Source: Gemmatimonadales bacterium (GTDB lineage: Bacteria > Gemmatimonadota > Glassbacteria > GWA2-58-10). Taken from it: a DNA stretch of 64,000 nucleotides. The translations under genes and the position numbers were made by a program. The stretch spans positions 59,844 to 123,843 of the forward strand of contig JAJRTS010000085.1 of assembly GCA_024278175.1 (NCBI GenBank), written 5' to 3'. The notes below the pieces were generated by a model, which saw only the letters and a program-made list of their open reading frames with translations, was not told the DNA's origin and did no database searches. Positions 56,400 to 64,000 of the stretch are shown piece by piece. Numbering within the stretch: position 1 is the stretch's first letter; the number at the start of each line of letters is the position of its first letter.

Positions 56400-58514
56400 T
56401 CAGACATAGGGTTTGACCTTTTCCCGTACCTGCTCGTAGTTGCACGGCTTGATCAGGTAATCGTTGGCCCCGCTGCGCTCGATCTGCCGCAGCAGGACCG
56501 CGCTGTTCACATCGCTCATCACGATCACCGGGGTCTCGGCTGTCGCCTCGGCCGAGCGCAACTGTTTGAGCGCCTCCAGCCCGTTGACCAGCGGCATTCG
56601 TAAATCCAGCATCACCAGGTCCGGAGCTTCGCGGGCCACCGCCGAGAGCAGCGCCTTTCCGTTGAAAACCGCTGTCGCCTTGAACCCCTCGTGGTTTAAC
56701 CTGGCGCAAATATCCTTGCAGAACCTGATATCGTCGTCGGCCACCAGGATTTTGATCCCCTCTTCCCGGCGGGCGATTTTCTTCCTCGCAACCTTCAGAT
56801 TGCGCTGCACAATTTCCTCGCTGTCCTTTTCCGGCACCTTGAGCAGGCTTTTCAGCTCCGGTTGATGTTGTCCTATTTCTCCGATCAGCCAGACGCCGCT
56901 GGCTCTCATTTTTCCGTCCTTGGAGAGCAGCATGTCCTCCAGCGAGTCCCGGATATCCCTGTGCCCGAAATTCCAGATTGCTTTTAGCGTATTGGCCCGC
57001 ACCCGGTTGTCCTTATCGTACTTGTATTTCATCAGGATTCCCATCACGTTGCGGTTGCCGATTGCCTCCAGCGATTCGATCACGTTGGCGCGCACACGGG
57101 CGTTCTTATCGTTGAGCATCTTCATCAACAGGCTGCTCTCGTGCTGATCCAGCATCTCGGCGATCAGTTTGACCGTGGTTGCCCGCACCTTGTCGTCCTC
57201 GTCCACGATAATATCGGCCAGTGTCCTGGCCGTGAAATCCTTATCCTCGCGGATCAGGATATCCAGTATCTTCCGGATCGTGACCGGGTTGGGAATCTCC
57301 ATGTTTTGCAGATAAGAAAAGCGGCTGTCCAGACCGACCACGAAATCGATCAGCTTCTTTTTCTGCCGGATACCCAGAATCGGCGTTTCCTCGTTTTCCC
57401 GCAGCAGGCGCAGGACAATCTTGATCGTAGTGCCCCGCGCCAGGTTGCGAAGAAATACGCTCTTGTACTGCGCCAGCGGCAGAATGTGCTTCAGCGCATC
57501 GAGCCCGCCGGTATTCGCCAGTTCCTTCAGTGGTTTGATCTTGTTGCTGTCCGGCATGTCCTTGAGTTGGGAGGCCAGAACCTCGGCGCGCTTTACGGGG
57601 TCCTTTATCGTCGATGGGTCTATTTGTTTCTGTTTCACATCCCTTGCCTGCGCTGCCTCCCTGTCCTCGTCGGTGGCGCTTTCGCCCGGCTGCCCGCCCC
57701 CCTGAGGCGTGCTCTCGCCCGCCAGCTCATTTTCGTCCCCGCCACCGGTACCGCCGTCGCCGCCCAGCTCCCGCACCAGTTCCTCCACTTCCCGCCTTAC
57801 TTTTTCGAACACTTCTCCGGCCCGGTTCTCCACCGCCTTGTTTCTCAACGCGCCGATCTCGATATAGTAGTACAGGCATTGGCTGAGTCTCTTGATATTC
57901 TCGCCATATGTCTTAACCATATTGTTCTGCGAATCCAGCTTCTGCTCCCGGCGGGACTCCTCCAGTGTGGCCTGGACTTTCTCGATCTGCGCCTCCAGCA
58001 ACGTGGGATTAGCCAGCCGGAGAATCAGCAGGTTCAACATACCCTCATCAAGCCCAGCGGGCATGGCTTGTTCGCCCTGCTCGCTTTCGCCGTTTTCCTG
58101 TTCTTGCTCAAGCTCATCGATTTGCCCACGAAGTTTCTGATACAGTTCCTGCTGTTCCTGCTGCTCTTTGGAAAGACTTCCGTTGCCGGTAGCAGGTACC
58201 TGCAGCAACTCCACCAGTTTGCCGGCGGTGGCGATATCGATCTCCCCGAGCCACTGCGTTCTGTTAACGGCGGCTTCCTTGTGCCCGGCGTTCATGAACA
58301 GGATCCGCTTAAACACAAGGGCCTCGCGGATTTTTTCGATCTCCAGCCGGTAATACTGCTGAAATCTGTCCAGTACTCCCCACCCCTGCTCGTGAGCGCC
58401 ATTGCTGTCGAAAACCTCGTCCAGAACGCGCTTGACCCGATCCAGCGGCTGATGGTCGCCGGCAATCTCCACCAGAGTGCGCAAGATTTTTTTCAGTATC
58501 GCGCAGAGCAACAC
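56400..58514 (-). CDS. HEAT-repeat (PBS-lyase type) protein with C-terminal receiver (REC) domain
   Basis: Multiple D(K/D)xxRVRAxxxxAL repeats. C-terminal ILVADDD…DLRMP…KP receiver. Same frame as ORF 58560-59213, separated by one TAG. Confidence 0.7.
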   Translation of the reverse strand: MLLCAILKKILRTLVEIAGDHQPLDRVKRVLDEVFDSNGAHEQGWGVLDRFQQYYRLEIEKIREALVFKRILFMNAGHKEAAVNRTQWLGEIDIATAGKLVELLQVPATGNGSLSKEQQEQQELYQKLRGQIDELEQEQENGESEQGEQAMPAGLDEGMLNLLILRLANPTLLEAQIEKVQATLEESRREQKLDSQNNMVKTYGENIKRLSQCLYYYIEIGALRNKAVENRAGEVFEKVRREVEELVRELGGDGGTGGGDENELAGESTPQGGGQPGESATDEDREAAQARDVKQKQIDPSTIKDPVKRAEVLASQLKDMPDSNKIKPLKELANTGGLDALKHILPLAQYKSVFLRNLARGTTIKIVLRLLRENEETPILGIRQKKKLIDFVVGLDSRFSYLQNMEIPNPVTIRKILDILIREDKDFTARTLADIIVDEDDKVRATTVKLIAEMLDQHESSLLMKMLNDKNARVRANVIESLEAIGNRNVMGILMKYKYDKDNRVRANTLKAIWNFGHRDIRDSLEDMLLSKDGKMRASGVWLIGEIGQHQPELKSLLKVPEKDSEEIVQRNLKVARKKIARREEGIKILVADDDIRFCKDICARLNHEGFKATAVFNGKALLSAVAREAPDLVMLDLRMPLVNGLEALKQLRSAEATAETPVIVMSDVNSAVLLRQIERSGANDYLIKPCNYEQVREKVKPYV

Positions 58515-58559
58515 CTGCCGGCGCAGGCTCGCCAGCGGCTCACCGTGGTTGATCTGGTC

Positions 58560-59213
58560 CTACAGCCGCTGCGAGAGCGAGGACTTCTTCTTCAGGTCCA
58601 GGCTGATGCGCTCCTGATTAAGCAGGTTGAACTGGTGGAGCCAGCAGAAAAAGCTCACCAGGACGCCCTGCTCGCCCAAAAACTCCTCGAACCGTTCCAG
58701 GGCCTGGTCCAGCTTATCTTTCCCGAGCTTCTCCGCATGGAACGTGCTGAGCATGAACAACCGGACGAAATACCTGCTGAAAACGTTCGTGTCGGCGGCG
58801 AACACCCCTTCCAGCGCGGCGAGCTTGTCGCTGAAAAAAATCTCCAGTTCGTTCTGCTTTGCGCTCTTGTCCGGGGCGTTCTTCGCGCTGTCGCTGTAGA
58901 CAATGGCCATCATCTCGAACGCGCCGGTTAGCGTGGCGCCGCGGCTGGCCTTTTCGCCCTGAAGGTTTTTACGGGGGGTGAGAAAATAGGAATTGAACCG
59001 CGAGTCCTTTTGCAGCTTGTCGAAATGCCCGCCGAATATCAAGCTGATCTCCTCGTCCAGCTTGGTCAGGCTGGTGGCCGGATCAAGCTTTTTCAACGAG
59101 GCGATCTTGCTCTCCAGAAAACTCTGGGCATCCTTACCCGGATTAACTCGTAACGCGAATTGCATATTTTTCTCTTGTGGCTGAATGTTGACTGAAGAAA
59201 AGAAATTATACAA
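58560..59213 (-). CDS. hypothetical protein (possibly the N-terminal part of the downstream HEAT/REC gene)
   Basis: 217-aa ORF. Only 15 sense codons and one TAG separate it in-frame from the 704-aa ORF. Confidence 0.4.
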   Translation of the reverse strand: MYNFFSSVNIQPQEKNMQFALRVNPGKDAQSFLESKIASLKKLDPATSLTKLDEEISLIFGGHFDKLQKDSRFNSYFLTPRKNLQGEKASRGATLTGAFEMMAIVYSDSAKNAPDKSAKQNELEIFFSDKLAALEGVFAADTNVFSRYFVRLFMLSTFHAEKLGKDKLDQALERFEEFLGEQGVLVSFFCWLHQFNLLNQERISLDLKKKSSLSQRL

Positions 59214-59379
59214 AAAACCATGAAAAAGGGCAAATCATTTCAAAAGATAACCCGCGGAAAATCGATCTGTCGAAAATATTGACAGGAAAACATACTTGCT
59301 ATAATATGTGGTGGTATTGGTATGAAGTTTGCTTTAGTTGGTTATTGCGGGTATAATCGCGGGTATAATGGAGAAAACG

Positions 59380-59481
59380 ATGTCCATGGCTAGCAGAATA
59401 TTCCCCGATTTGATTCATTGGGCCTGGCACTGGCGTGGTGCACACCACCACGCATATGGATATCTACGCCCGCAGAGATAG
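59380..59481 (+). CDS. trpL: trp operon leader peptide (33 aa, MSMASRIFPDLIHWAWHWRGAHHHAYGYLRPQR)
   Basis: GGAG 6 nt upstream of the ATG. Three Trp codons in a 5-codon stretch. Followed by a terminator hairpin and U-run, then trpE. Promoter-like TTGACA and three TATAAT boxes lie upstream, including the tandem GCGGGTATAAT GCGGGTATAAT. Confidence 0.6.
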   Translation: MSMASRIFPDLIHWAWHWRGAHHHAYGYLRPQR

Positions 59482-59503
59482 TATCTGACTACGACCTCAT
59501 TTT

Positions 59504-59545
59504 AAGCCGCGGGCACTGCTGAAGTGACCGCGGTTTTTTGTTTTT
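59504..59545 (+). terminator. attenuator terminator of the trp leader
   Basis: GC stem (gccgcggg…ccgcgg) followed by TTTTTTGTTTTTG, 48 nt before the trpE start. Confidence 0.55.
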
Positions 59546-59593
59546 GCCCATCCGGGTCAGGCCTGGCCTTGCCGATGGACGAAAGGAAATACG

Positions 59594-61084
59594 ATGCCCA
59601 ATATCAGACCGACCCAGCAGGAGTTTCTTGCCAAGGCCCGGCCCGGAACAATCGTGCCGGTCTATGCCGAGCTTTATACCGATACGGAAACTCCGATCAG
59701 CGTGTTCAAGAAGCTTTGCGAACCGAACGAGTACGCATTTCTGCTCGAAAGCGTGGAGATGGAGGAAAAAATCGGCCGCTACAGCTTCCTGGGACTGGCC
59801 ACCTGTACGGTTATCCGCGCCCGCGGTAACAAGATTGAGCAGATAACCGACGGGGAGCTGACCACCAGCACGGGCAATCCGATCGAGTACATCAGGGACT
59901 TTATCGGACGCTACGAACTGGCGCCGATTCCGGGCCTGCCGCCATTGCAGAGCGGGGTGGTGGGTTATTTCTCCTATGATACGATCCGCTGTTTCGAGCA
60001 GATTCCCCGCACCAAACCCGACCCGCTGGGGCTGCCTGATTGCTACCTGATGGTGGCCGACCAGTTGATCGTTTTCGACCACGTCAAGCACACGCTCACC
60101 GTGATCAAGAACGTGTTTGTCGAGCAGGGCGAGGACCCGCTCCAGCAGTACCGCCGGGCCCGCGCCAAGGTGGAATGGCTGGTGCGAAGGCTCAACGAGA
60201 TAGTACTGGCGCCGCAAAATATCGGCTCGGCAGCCGATGGCGGCGAAAACCCCGTGACCACCTCCAACACCACCCGCGAGCAGTATGAACAGATGGTGGT
60301 CAAGGCCAAGGACTATATCCACGCGGGTGATATTTTCCAGGTGGTGCTTTCCCAGCGGCTGTCGACCAAACTCTCCGGCGACCCGTTCGACCTCTACCGC
60401 GCCCTGCGACGGGTCAACCCCTCGCCCTACATGTTCTACCTCAAGTTCGGCGACCTCAAGGTGGCCGGATCGAGCCCGGAGGTGCTGGTGCGGGTGGAGA
60501 ACGCAGTGGTGACCAACCGTCCGCTGGCCGGTACGCGGCCCCGCGGAGCCGATGAGGCCGAGGACCGTCGCCTGGAGCGCGAGCTGCTGGCCGACCCCAA
60601 GGAGCGGGCCGAGCACGTGATGCTGGTCGACCTGGGACGTAACGACCTGGGGCGCGTCTGCCGCTACGGCAGCGTTAAGGTGACCGAGCAGATGAAAATC
60701 GAGCGCTACAGCCACGTGATGCACATCGTGAGCAACGTGGAGGGAGTCGCCCGCCCCGACGCCAACGCGCTCGATATTCTGGGCGCGTGTTTCCCGGCCG
60801 GCACGGTGAGCGGCGCTCCCAAGGTACGGGCGATGGAGATTATCGACGAGCTGGAAACAGAGGAGCGCGGAATTTACGCCGGGGCCGTGGGTTATATCGA
60901 TTTCAGCGGTAACCTGGACACCTGTATCGCTATCCGCACGATCGTGATCAAGGACGACACGGCTTACATCCAGGCCGGGGCCGGAATAGTGGCCGACAGC
61001 GATCCGGGACGCGAGTACCAGGAAACGCTTAACAAAGCCACCGCCCTGCTCAAGGCGGTCCAGCAGAGCGGAGAGTTCCTATGA
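59594..61084 (+). CDS. trpE: anthranilate synthase component I
   Basis: Chorismate-binding family motifs (LESVE…, GAVGY, IRTI). The TGA overlaps the trpG ATG. Confidence 0.9.
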   Translation: MPNIRPTQQEFLAKARPGTIVPVYAELYTDTETPISVFKKLCEPNEYAFLLESVEMEEKIGRYSFLGLATCTVIRARGNKIEQITDGELTTSTGNPIEYIRDFIGRYELAPIPGLPPLQSGVVGYFSYDTIRCFEQIPRTKPDPLGLPDCYLMVADQLIVFDHVKHTLTVIKNVFVEQGEDPLQQYRRARAKVEWLVRRLNEIVLAPQNIGSAADGGENPVTTSNTTREQYEQMVVKAKDYIHAGDIFQVVLSQRLSTKLSGDPFDLYRALRRVNPSPYMFYLKFGDLKVAGSSPEVLVRVENAVVTNRPLAGTRPRGADEAEDRRLERELLADPKERAEHVMLVDLGRNDLGRVCRYGSVKVTEQMKIERYSHVMHIVSNVEGVARPDANALDILGACFPAGTVSGAPKVRAMEIIDELETEERGIYAGAVGYIDFSGNLDTCIAIRTIVIKDDTAYIQAGAGIVADSDPGREYQETLNKATALLKAVQQSGEFL

Positions 61085-61662
61085 TTCTCGTTATTGACAA
61101 CTATGACAGCTTTACCTATAATCTCGTCCAGTACATGGGCGAGCTTGGGGCGACTCTGGAAGTCTATCGCAACGACAAAATTACGGTGGATCAGGTCGAG
61201 GCCACGGAGCCGGCCGGGATCATCATCTCCCCCGGTCCCGGCACGCCGGATGATGCAGGTGTCTCGCTCGATCTGCTCGCGCGGCTGGGACCGAAAGTCC
61301 CGTTTCTGGGCGTCTGCCTGGGACATCAGTGTATCGGACAGGTCTACGGCGGCCGGGTGGTTGGGGCGCCCTCGCTGATGCACGGCAAAACCAGCATGAT
61401 CCACCACGACGGGTCGGAGCTCTACCGTGATGTGCCAAGCCCGTTCGAAGCCACCCGGTACCATAGTCTCGTCGTTGAGCAGCACAGCCTGCCGGATTGC
61501 CTGGAGGTGACCTCCCGCACGGACGACGGTGTGATCATGGGGCTTCGCCACCGCCGGTTTCCTGTCGAGGGCGTGCAGTTCCACCCCGAATCGATCCTCA
61601 CTTTCGAGGGCAAGAAACTGCTCGGCAATTTCCTCCGGCGCACTCGACGGGAGAGTGAATGA
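61081..61662 (+). CDS. trpG: anthranilate synthase component II (glutamine amidotransferase)
   Basis: GATase class I: GVCLGHQ … HPES. Confidence 0.9.
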   Translation: MILVIDNYDSFTYNLVQYMGELGATLEVYRNDKITVDQVEATEPAGIIISPGPGTPDDAGVSLDLLARLGPKVPFLGVCLGHQCIGQVYGGRVVGAPSLMHGKTSMIHHDGSELYRDVPSPFEATRYHSLVVEQHSLPDCLEVTSRTDDGVIMGLRHRRFPVEGVQFHPESILTFEGKKLLGNFLRRTRRESE

Positions 61663-62255
61663 CCGGCCTGCCCGATTTCGAACAGATCAGAAAAACTGTC
61701 GGGCCGCCGGGAGCGCGCTGGGTCTGCGTGTTCGGCACCAGCGACAGCGCGGACAGAGCCAGCACGGACCAGGCCGAGCAACTTGGCAAGCTGCTGGCCG
61801 GACGGGGCTGGGTAGTTGTCACGGGTGGATATACGGCCGTAATGGAAGGCGCAAGCCGGGGCGCCAGGGCCGCCGGGGGCTTCAGCGTGGGCGTGGCCTG
61901 CCGCCTGTTCAGCAGGCAGCCCAACGCCTACCTCGACAAAGTGATCTGGACCGACACCCTGCTGGTGCGCCTGGAAACCCTGCTTCGCCTGGGCGACGGT
62001 TACGTGACCTGCAAGGGCGGCACCGGCACGCTGGCCGAGATCGCAATGGCTTGGGAGTACGTCAATAAGAAAATCGTCCCCCGCCGCCCGCTGGTGCTGC
62101 TGGGCGATTTCTGGCGGAAGCTGCCGGGGATTCTCTGCGATCAGGCCGCCGCGCCGGGAGTGAGTCTGGGACGTGCTGGTGATTTTATCTCCACCGCTAC
62201 AACGGTGGAACGAGCCGTAAAAATTCTGGCCGAGGGTTTCGAGCGGCTGGATTAG
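61659..62255 (+). CDS. LOG-family (TIGR00730) Rossmann-fold nucleotide-binding protein
   Basis: The GGYTAVMEG … GGTGTLAEI motif pair is typical of LOG / lysine-decarboxylase-like proteins. ATGA overlap with trpG. Confidence 0.65.
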   Translation: MTGLPDFEQIRKTVGPPGARWVCVFGTSDSADRASTDQAEQLGKLLAGRGWVVVTGGYTAVMEGASRGARAAGGFSVGVACRLFSRQPNAYLDKVIWTDTLLVRLETLLRLGDGYVTCKGGTGTLAEIAMAWEYVNKKIVPRRPLVLLGDFWRKLPGILCDQAAAPGVSLGRAGDFISTATTVERAVKILAEGFERLD

Positions 62256-62360
62256 TTTTTTTTGCTTATAAAGTTTTGAGGGCTTTTATTAGTTTGCAGC
62301 ATCGTCCGGTTAGTTTTTGCATCATCGGCGATCCAGCGATAAGTTTGCACAATAACAGCA
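62254..62360 (+). repeat. five tandem imperfect direct repeats T(T/A)AGTTT(T)TGCA at 18-30 bp spacing
   Basis: Read from the sequence at about 62254, 62272, 62291, 62312 and 62342. Confidence 0.35.
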
Positions 62361-62649
62361 TTAAGGCAACACACCCCTGTCTTCCCTCTTTTTAGAGGGG
62401 ACCCGGCACGGCAGCCACCCTCCCGCGGTTTTGGGGTGTGGTTGAGGAGCGAAAATTCCCCTCTACTTAACTTAAGAGGGGTATCCGCCACCGGCGGACG
62501 GGGGTTGTAACAGCGGGCGGGGTGTGTAATGTAATCAGCTAACCTTCGACAATGCCTGTTATAGTGGTTCTCAAAAGTTTTGTCCTTAATGCAAAGGAAA
62601 GCGAATCCTGATAACGGTACGGAGAGACTTCCGTTGTCCGTAGAAAGTC

Positions 62650-62678
62650 GTAGGGGCGAACCTTGTGTTCGCCCCTAC
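62650..62678. repeat. REP-like palindrome gtaggggcgaac-cttgt-gttcgcccctac
   Basis: 12-bp perfect stem. Same element as at 35802-35822 in opposite orientation. Confidence 0.45.
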
Positions 62679-62819
62679 AAGGCAAGGAACGGCTCTTCGA
62701 AGAAAAATCAAGCGGACATTTCTTTCGAGAAACGCTCTAGCATAAAGTTTTGTATTTGCATTTTTGTCAAGATCGTACTTTTCTATTTTAGTGATACCCC
62801 CGCCACGGGAGTGACAACG

Positions 62820-63842
62820 ATGATTGTCGATGCAATCCGCCGGCTTGTGGACGGAAAAGACCTCAGCGCCGGGCAGGCCGAAGAGGCGATGACCGAGATC
62901 ATGGAAGGCCGCGCCCTGCCCGCGCAGATCGGCGCATTCCTGACCGCTCTGCGCATGAAAGGCGAAACCGTCCGGGAGATAACCGCGTTCGCCGGGGTGA
63001 TGCGCGCCAAGGTCCGCCGTGTTTCGCCCGGCCGTCACAGCGAGTTGCTCGACACCTGCGGCACCGGTGGCGACAGTTCCGGGACGTTCAATATCAGCAC
63101 CGCCGCCGCGCTTGTGGCCGCCGGGGCCGGTGTGCCCGTGGCCAAGCACGGCAACCGCTCGGTCTCCAGCCGCTGCGGCAGCGCGGACGTGCTCAGGGAG
63201 CTGGGGGTTAATATCGAGGCCGCCCCGGAAGTTGTAGAACTCTGCCTCGACCGGGCGGGGATCTGTTTCATTTTCGCGCCCCTGTTCCACCCGGCGATGA
63301 AACACGCTATCGGACCCCGTCGCGAGATGGGTATCCGCACTGTTTTCAACGTGTTGGGGCCGCTGACCAACCCCGCCGGCGCGCGATATCAACTGCTGGG
63401 CGTTTTTGCCGGGTCGCTCACGGAAACACTGGCCGGAGTGCTGGCAGCTCTGGGCAGCCGCAGGGCCTGTGTGGTCCACGGCCACGGTGGGCTGGACGAG
63501 ATTTCGCTGGCCGGACCGACAACGTTGAGCGAACTGGACGGCGGGCGGGTAACGACACGCGTAATCCGGCCCGAACAGTTCGGGTTCGAACCCCGGCCCC
63601 TTCAGGCGATAGCCGGCGGAGACGCCCCGGCCAACGCAGCGATCATCCGTGATATCCTGGGCGGCAAGCCGGGCGCTTACCGCGACGCCGTGCTGCTCAA
63701 TGCGGGGGCCGCTGTCAGCGCGTTTCATCAGGGAATGACTATCGGCCGGGGAGTTGAACTCGCCGCCGAAGCTATCGACAGCGGCGGAGCGCGGCAAAAA
63801 CTCGCGGCCCTCGTGGAACTGACCAACCCGGAGGCGCAATGA
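62820..63842 (+). CDS. trpD: anthranilate phosphoribosyltransferase
   Basis: GTGGD … KHGNR motifs. The start is set at MIVDAIRRL; the upstream 80 codons of the track ORF are non-coding leader. Confidence 0.85.
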   Translation: MIVDAIRRLVDGKDLSAGQAEEAMTEIMEGRALPAQIGAFLTALRMKGETVREITAFAGVMRAKVRRVSPGRHSELLDTCGTGGDSSGTFNISTAAALVAAGAGVPVAKHGNRSVSSRCGSADVLRELGVNIEAAPEVVELCLDRAGICFIFAPLFHPAMKHAIGPRREMGIRTVFNVLGPLTNPAGARYQLLGVFAGSLTETLAGVLAALGSRRACVVHGHGGLDEISLAGPTTLSELDGGRVTTRVIRPEQFGFEPRPLQAIAGGDAPANAAIIRDILGGKPGAYRDAVLLNAGAAVSAFHQGMTIGRGVELAAEAIDSGGARQKLAALVELTNPEAQ

Positions 63843-64000
63843 ACGTGCTGAAACGCATTATCAGCGATAAGCGCGAAGAGCTTGACGACGAGATGCGCAG
63901 ACACCCGCTCGACGTACTAAGGGGCCGGATCAACAGCGAACCACTGCCCGAGCTGTTCGATTTCGCCGCCGCGCTGACCGGCAAAAAACCCGCCGCGCTG
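63839..64000 (+). CDS. trpC: indole-3-glycerol phosphate synthase (5' partial, runs off the window)
   Basis: MNVLKRIISDKREEL is a TrpC-like N-terminus. The ATGA overlaps the trpD stop. Confidence 0.65.
   Translation, partial: MNVLKRIISDKREELDDEMRRHPLDVLRGRINSEPLPELFDFAAALTGKKPAAL

Noticed and set aside
59489-60724. 411-aa minus-strand ORF antisense to trpE, and similar antisense ORFs to nuoD, nuoF and the cyclase
   Set aside because: The opposite-strand genes are unambiguous by motif. The antisense ORFs are GC-driven artefacts.
62256-62819. tmRNA or RNase P RNA in the AT-rich insert
   Set aside because: GGACGGGGGTTG resembles a tmRNA T-arm only superficially. There is no tRNA-like acceptor/CCA end, no tag reading frame, and no P4 RNase P consensus.
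1-64000. CRISPR array, rRNA, IS/transposase
   Set aside because: No regularly spaced short repeats, no 16S/23S-like conserved stretches, and no transposase-like ORFs were seen. The only repeats are the REP-like palindromes and the short tandem motifs listed.

Overview
High-GC (~62%) bacterial chromosomal segment, probably from an uncultivated polysaccharide-degrading lineage, with a few short AT-rich islets. Confident content: an RqcH/FbpA ribosome quality-control homolog; tRNA-Leu(UAA) with its own terminator; an RlmD-type methyltransferase; two tandem FAD-dependent reductase paralogs; the transhydrogenase operon pntAA-pntAB-pntB; hpt; rex with a candidate Rex operator overlapping its own promoter; tRNA-Thr(CGU) abutting a 1.3 kb AT-rich islet that carries two small membrane-anchored ORFs; a Gfo/Idh/MocA oxidoreductase; an ECF sigma / anti-sigma / PspC envelope-stress module in which the sigma gene carries an in-frame TAG; carbohydrate genes (a GH35-like Tat-secreted beta-galactosidase, a DUF2961/GH172 protein, a lyase-like secreted protein, a SIS/AgaS isomerase, an aldose 1-epimerase, a HAD-like hydrolase, a PPi-type phosphofructokinase, and a frameshifted glycoside-hydrolase remnant); lpdA; nuoABCDEFGHI without nuoJ-N; dusB; nth; and an HDOD protein. 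The most unusual content is a translationally coupled signalling operon: a 1598-aa envelope sensor (periplasmic Reg_prop/Y_Y_Y beta-propeller, TM, AAA-like ATPase, GAF, PP2C/SpoIIE phosphatase), then a GAF-PAS class III adenylate cyclase, then an RsbW-like kinase, then a separately promoted STAS antagonist, with cNMP-binding proteins nearby and no sigma-factor target in the locus. The window also holds a trp operon (trpL leader with W-A-W-H-W and an attenuator terminator, trpE, trpG, a LOG-family gene, a 560-bp AT-rich repeat-bearing non-coding insert, trpD, start of trpC); a REP-like palindromic repeat family at two loci; and a second in-frame TAG joining a 217-aa ORF to a HEAT-repeat/REC protein. 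TAG is a genuine stop elsewhere (pntAA, pntAB, lpdA), so global amber recoding is rejected. No CRISPR array, integrase or rRNA was seen.
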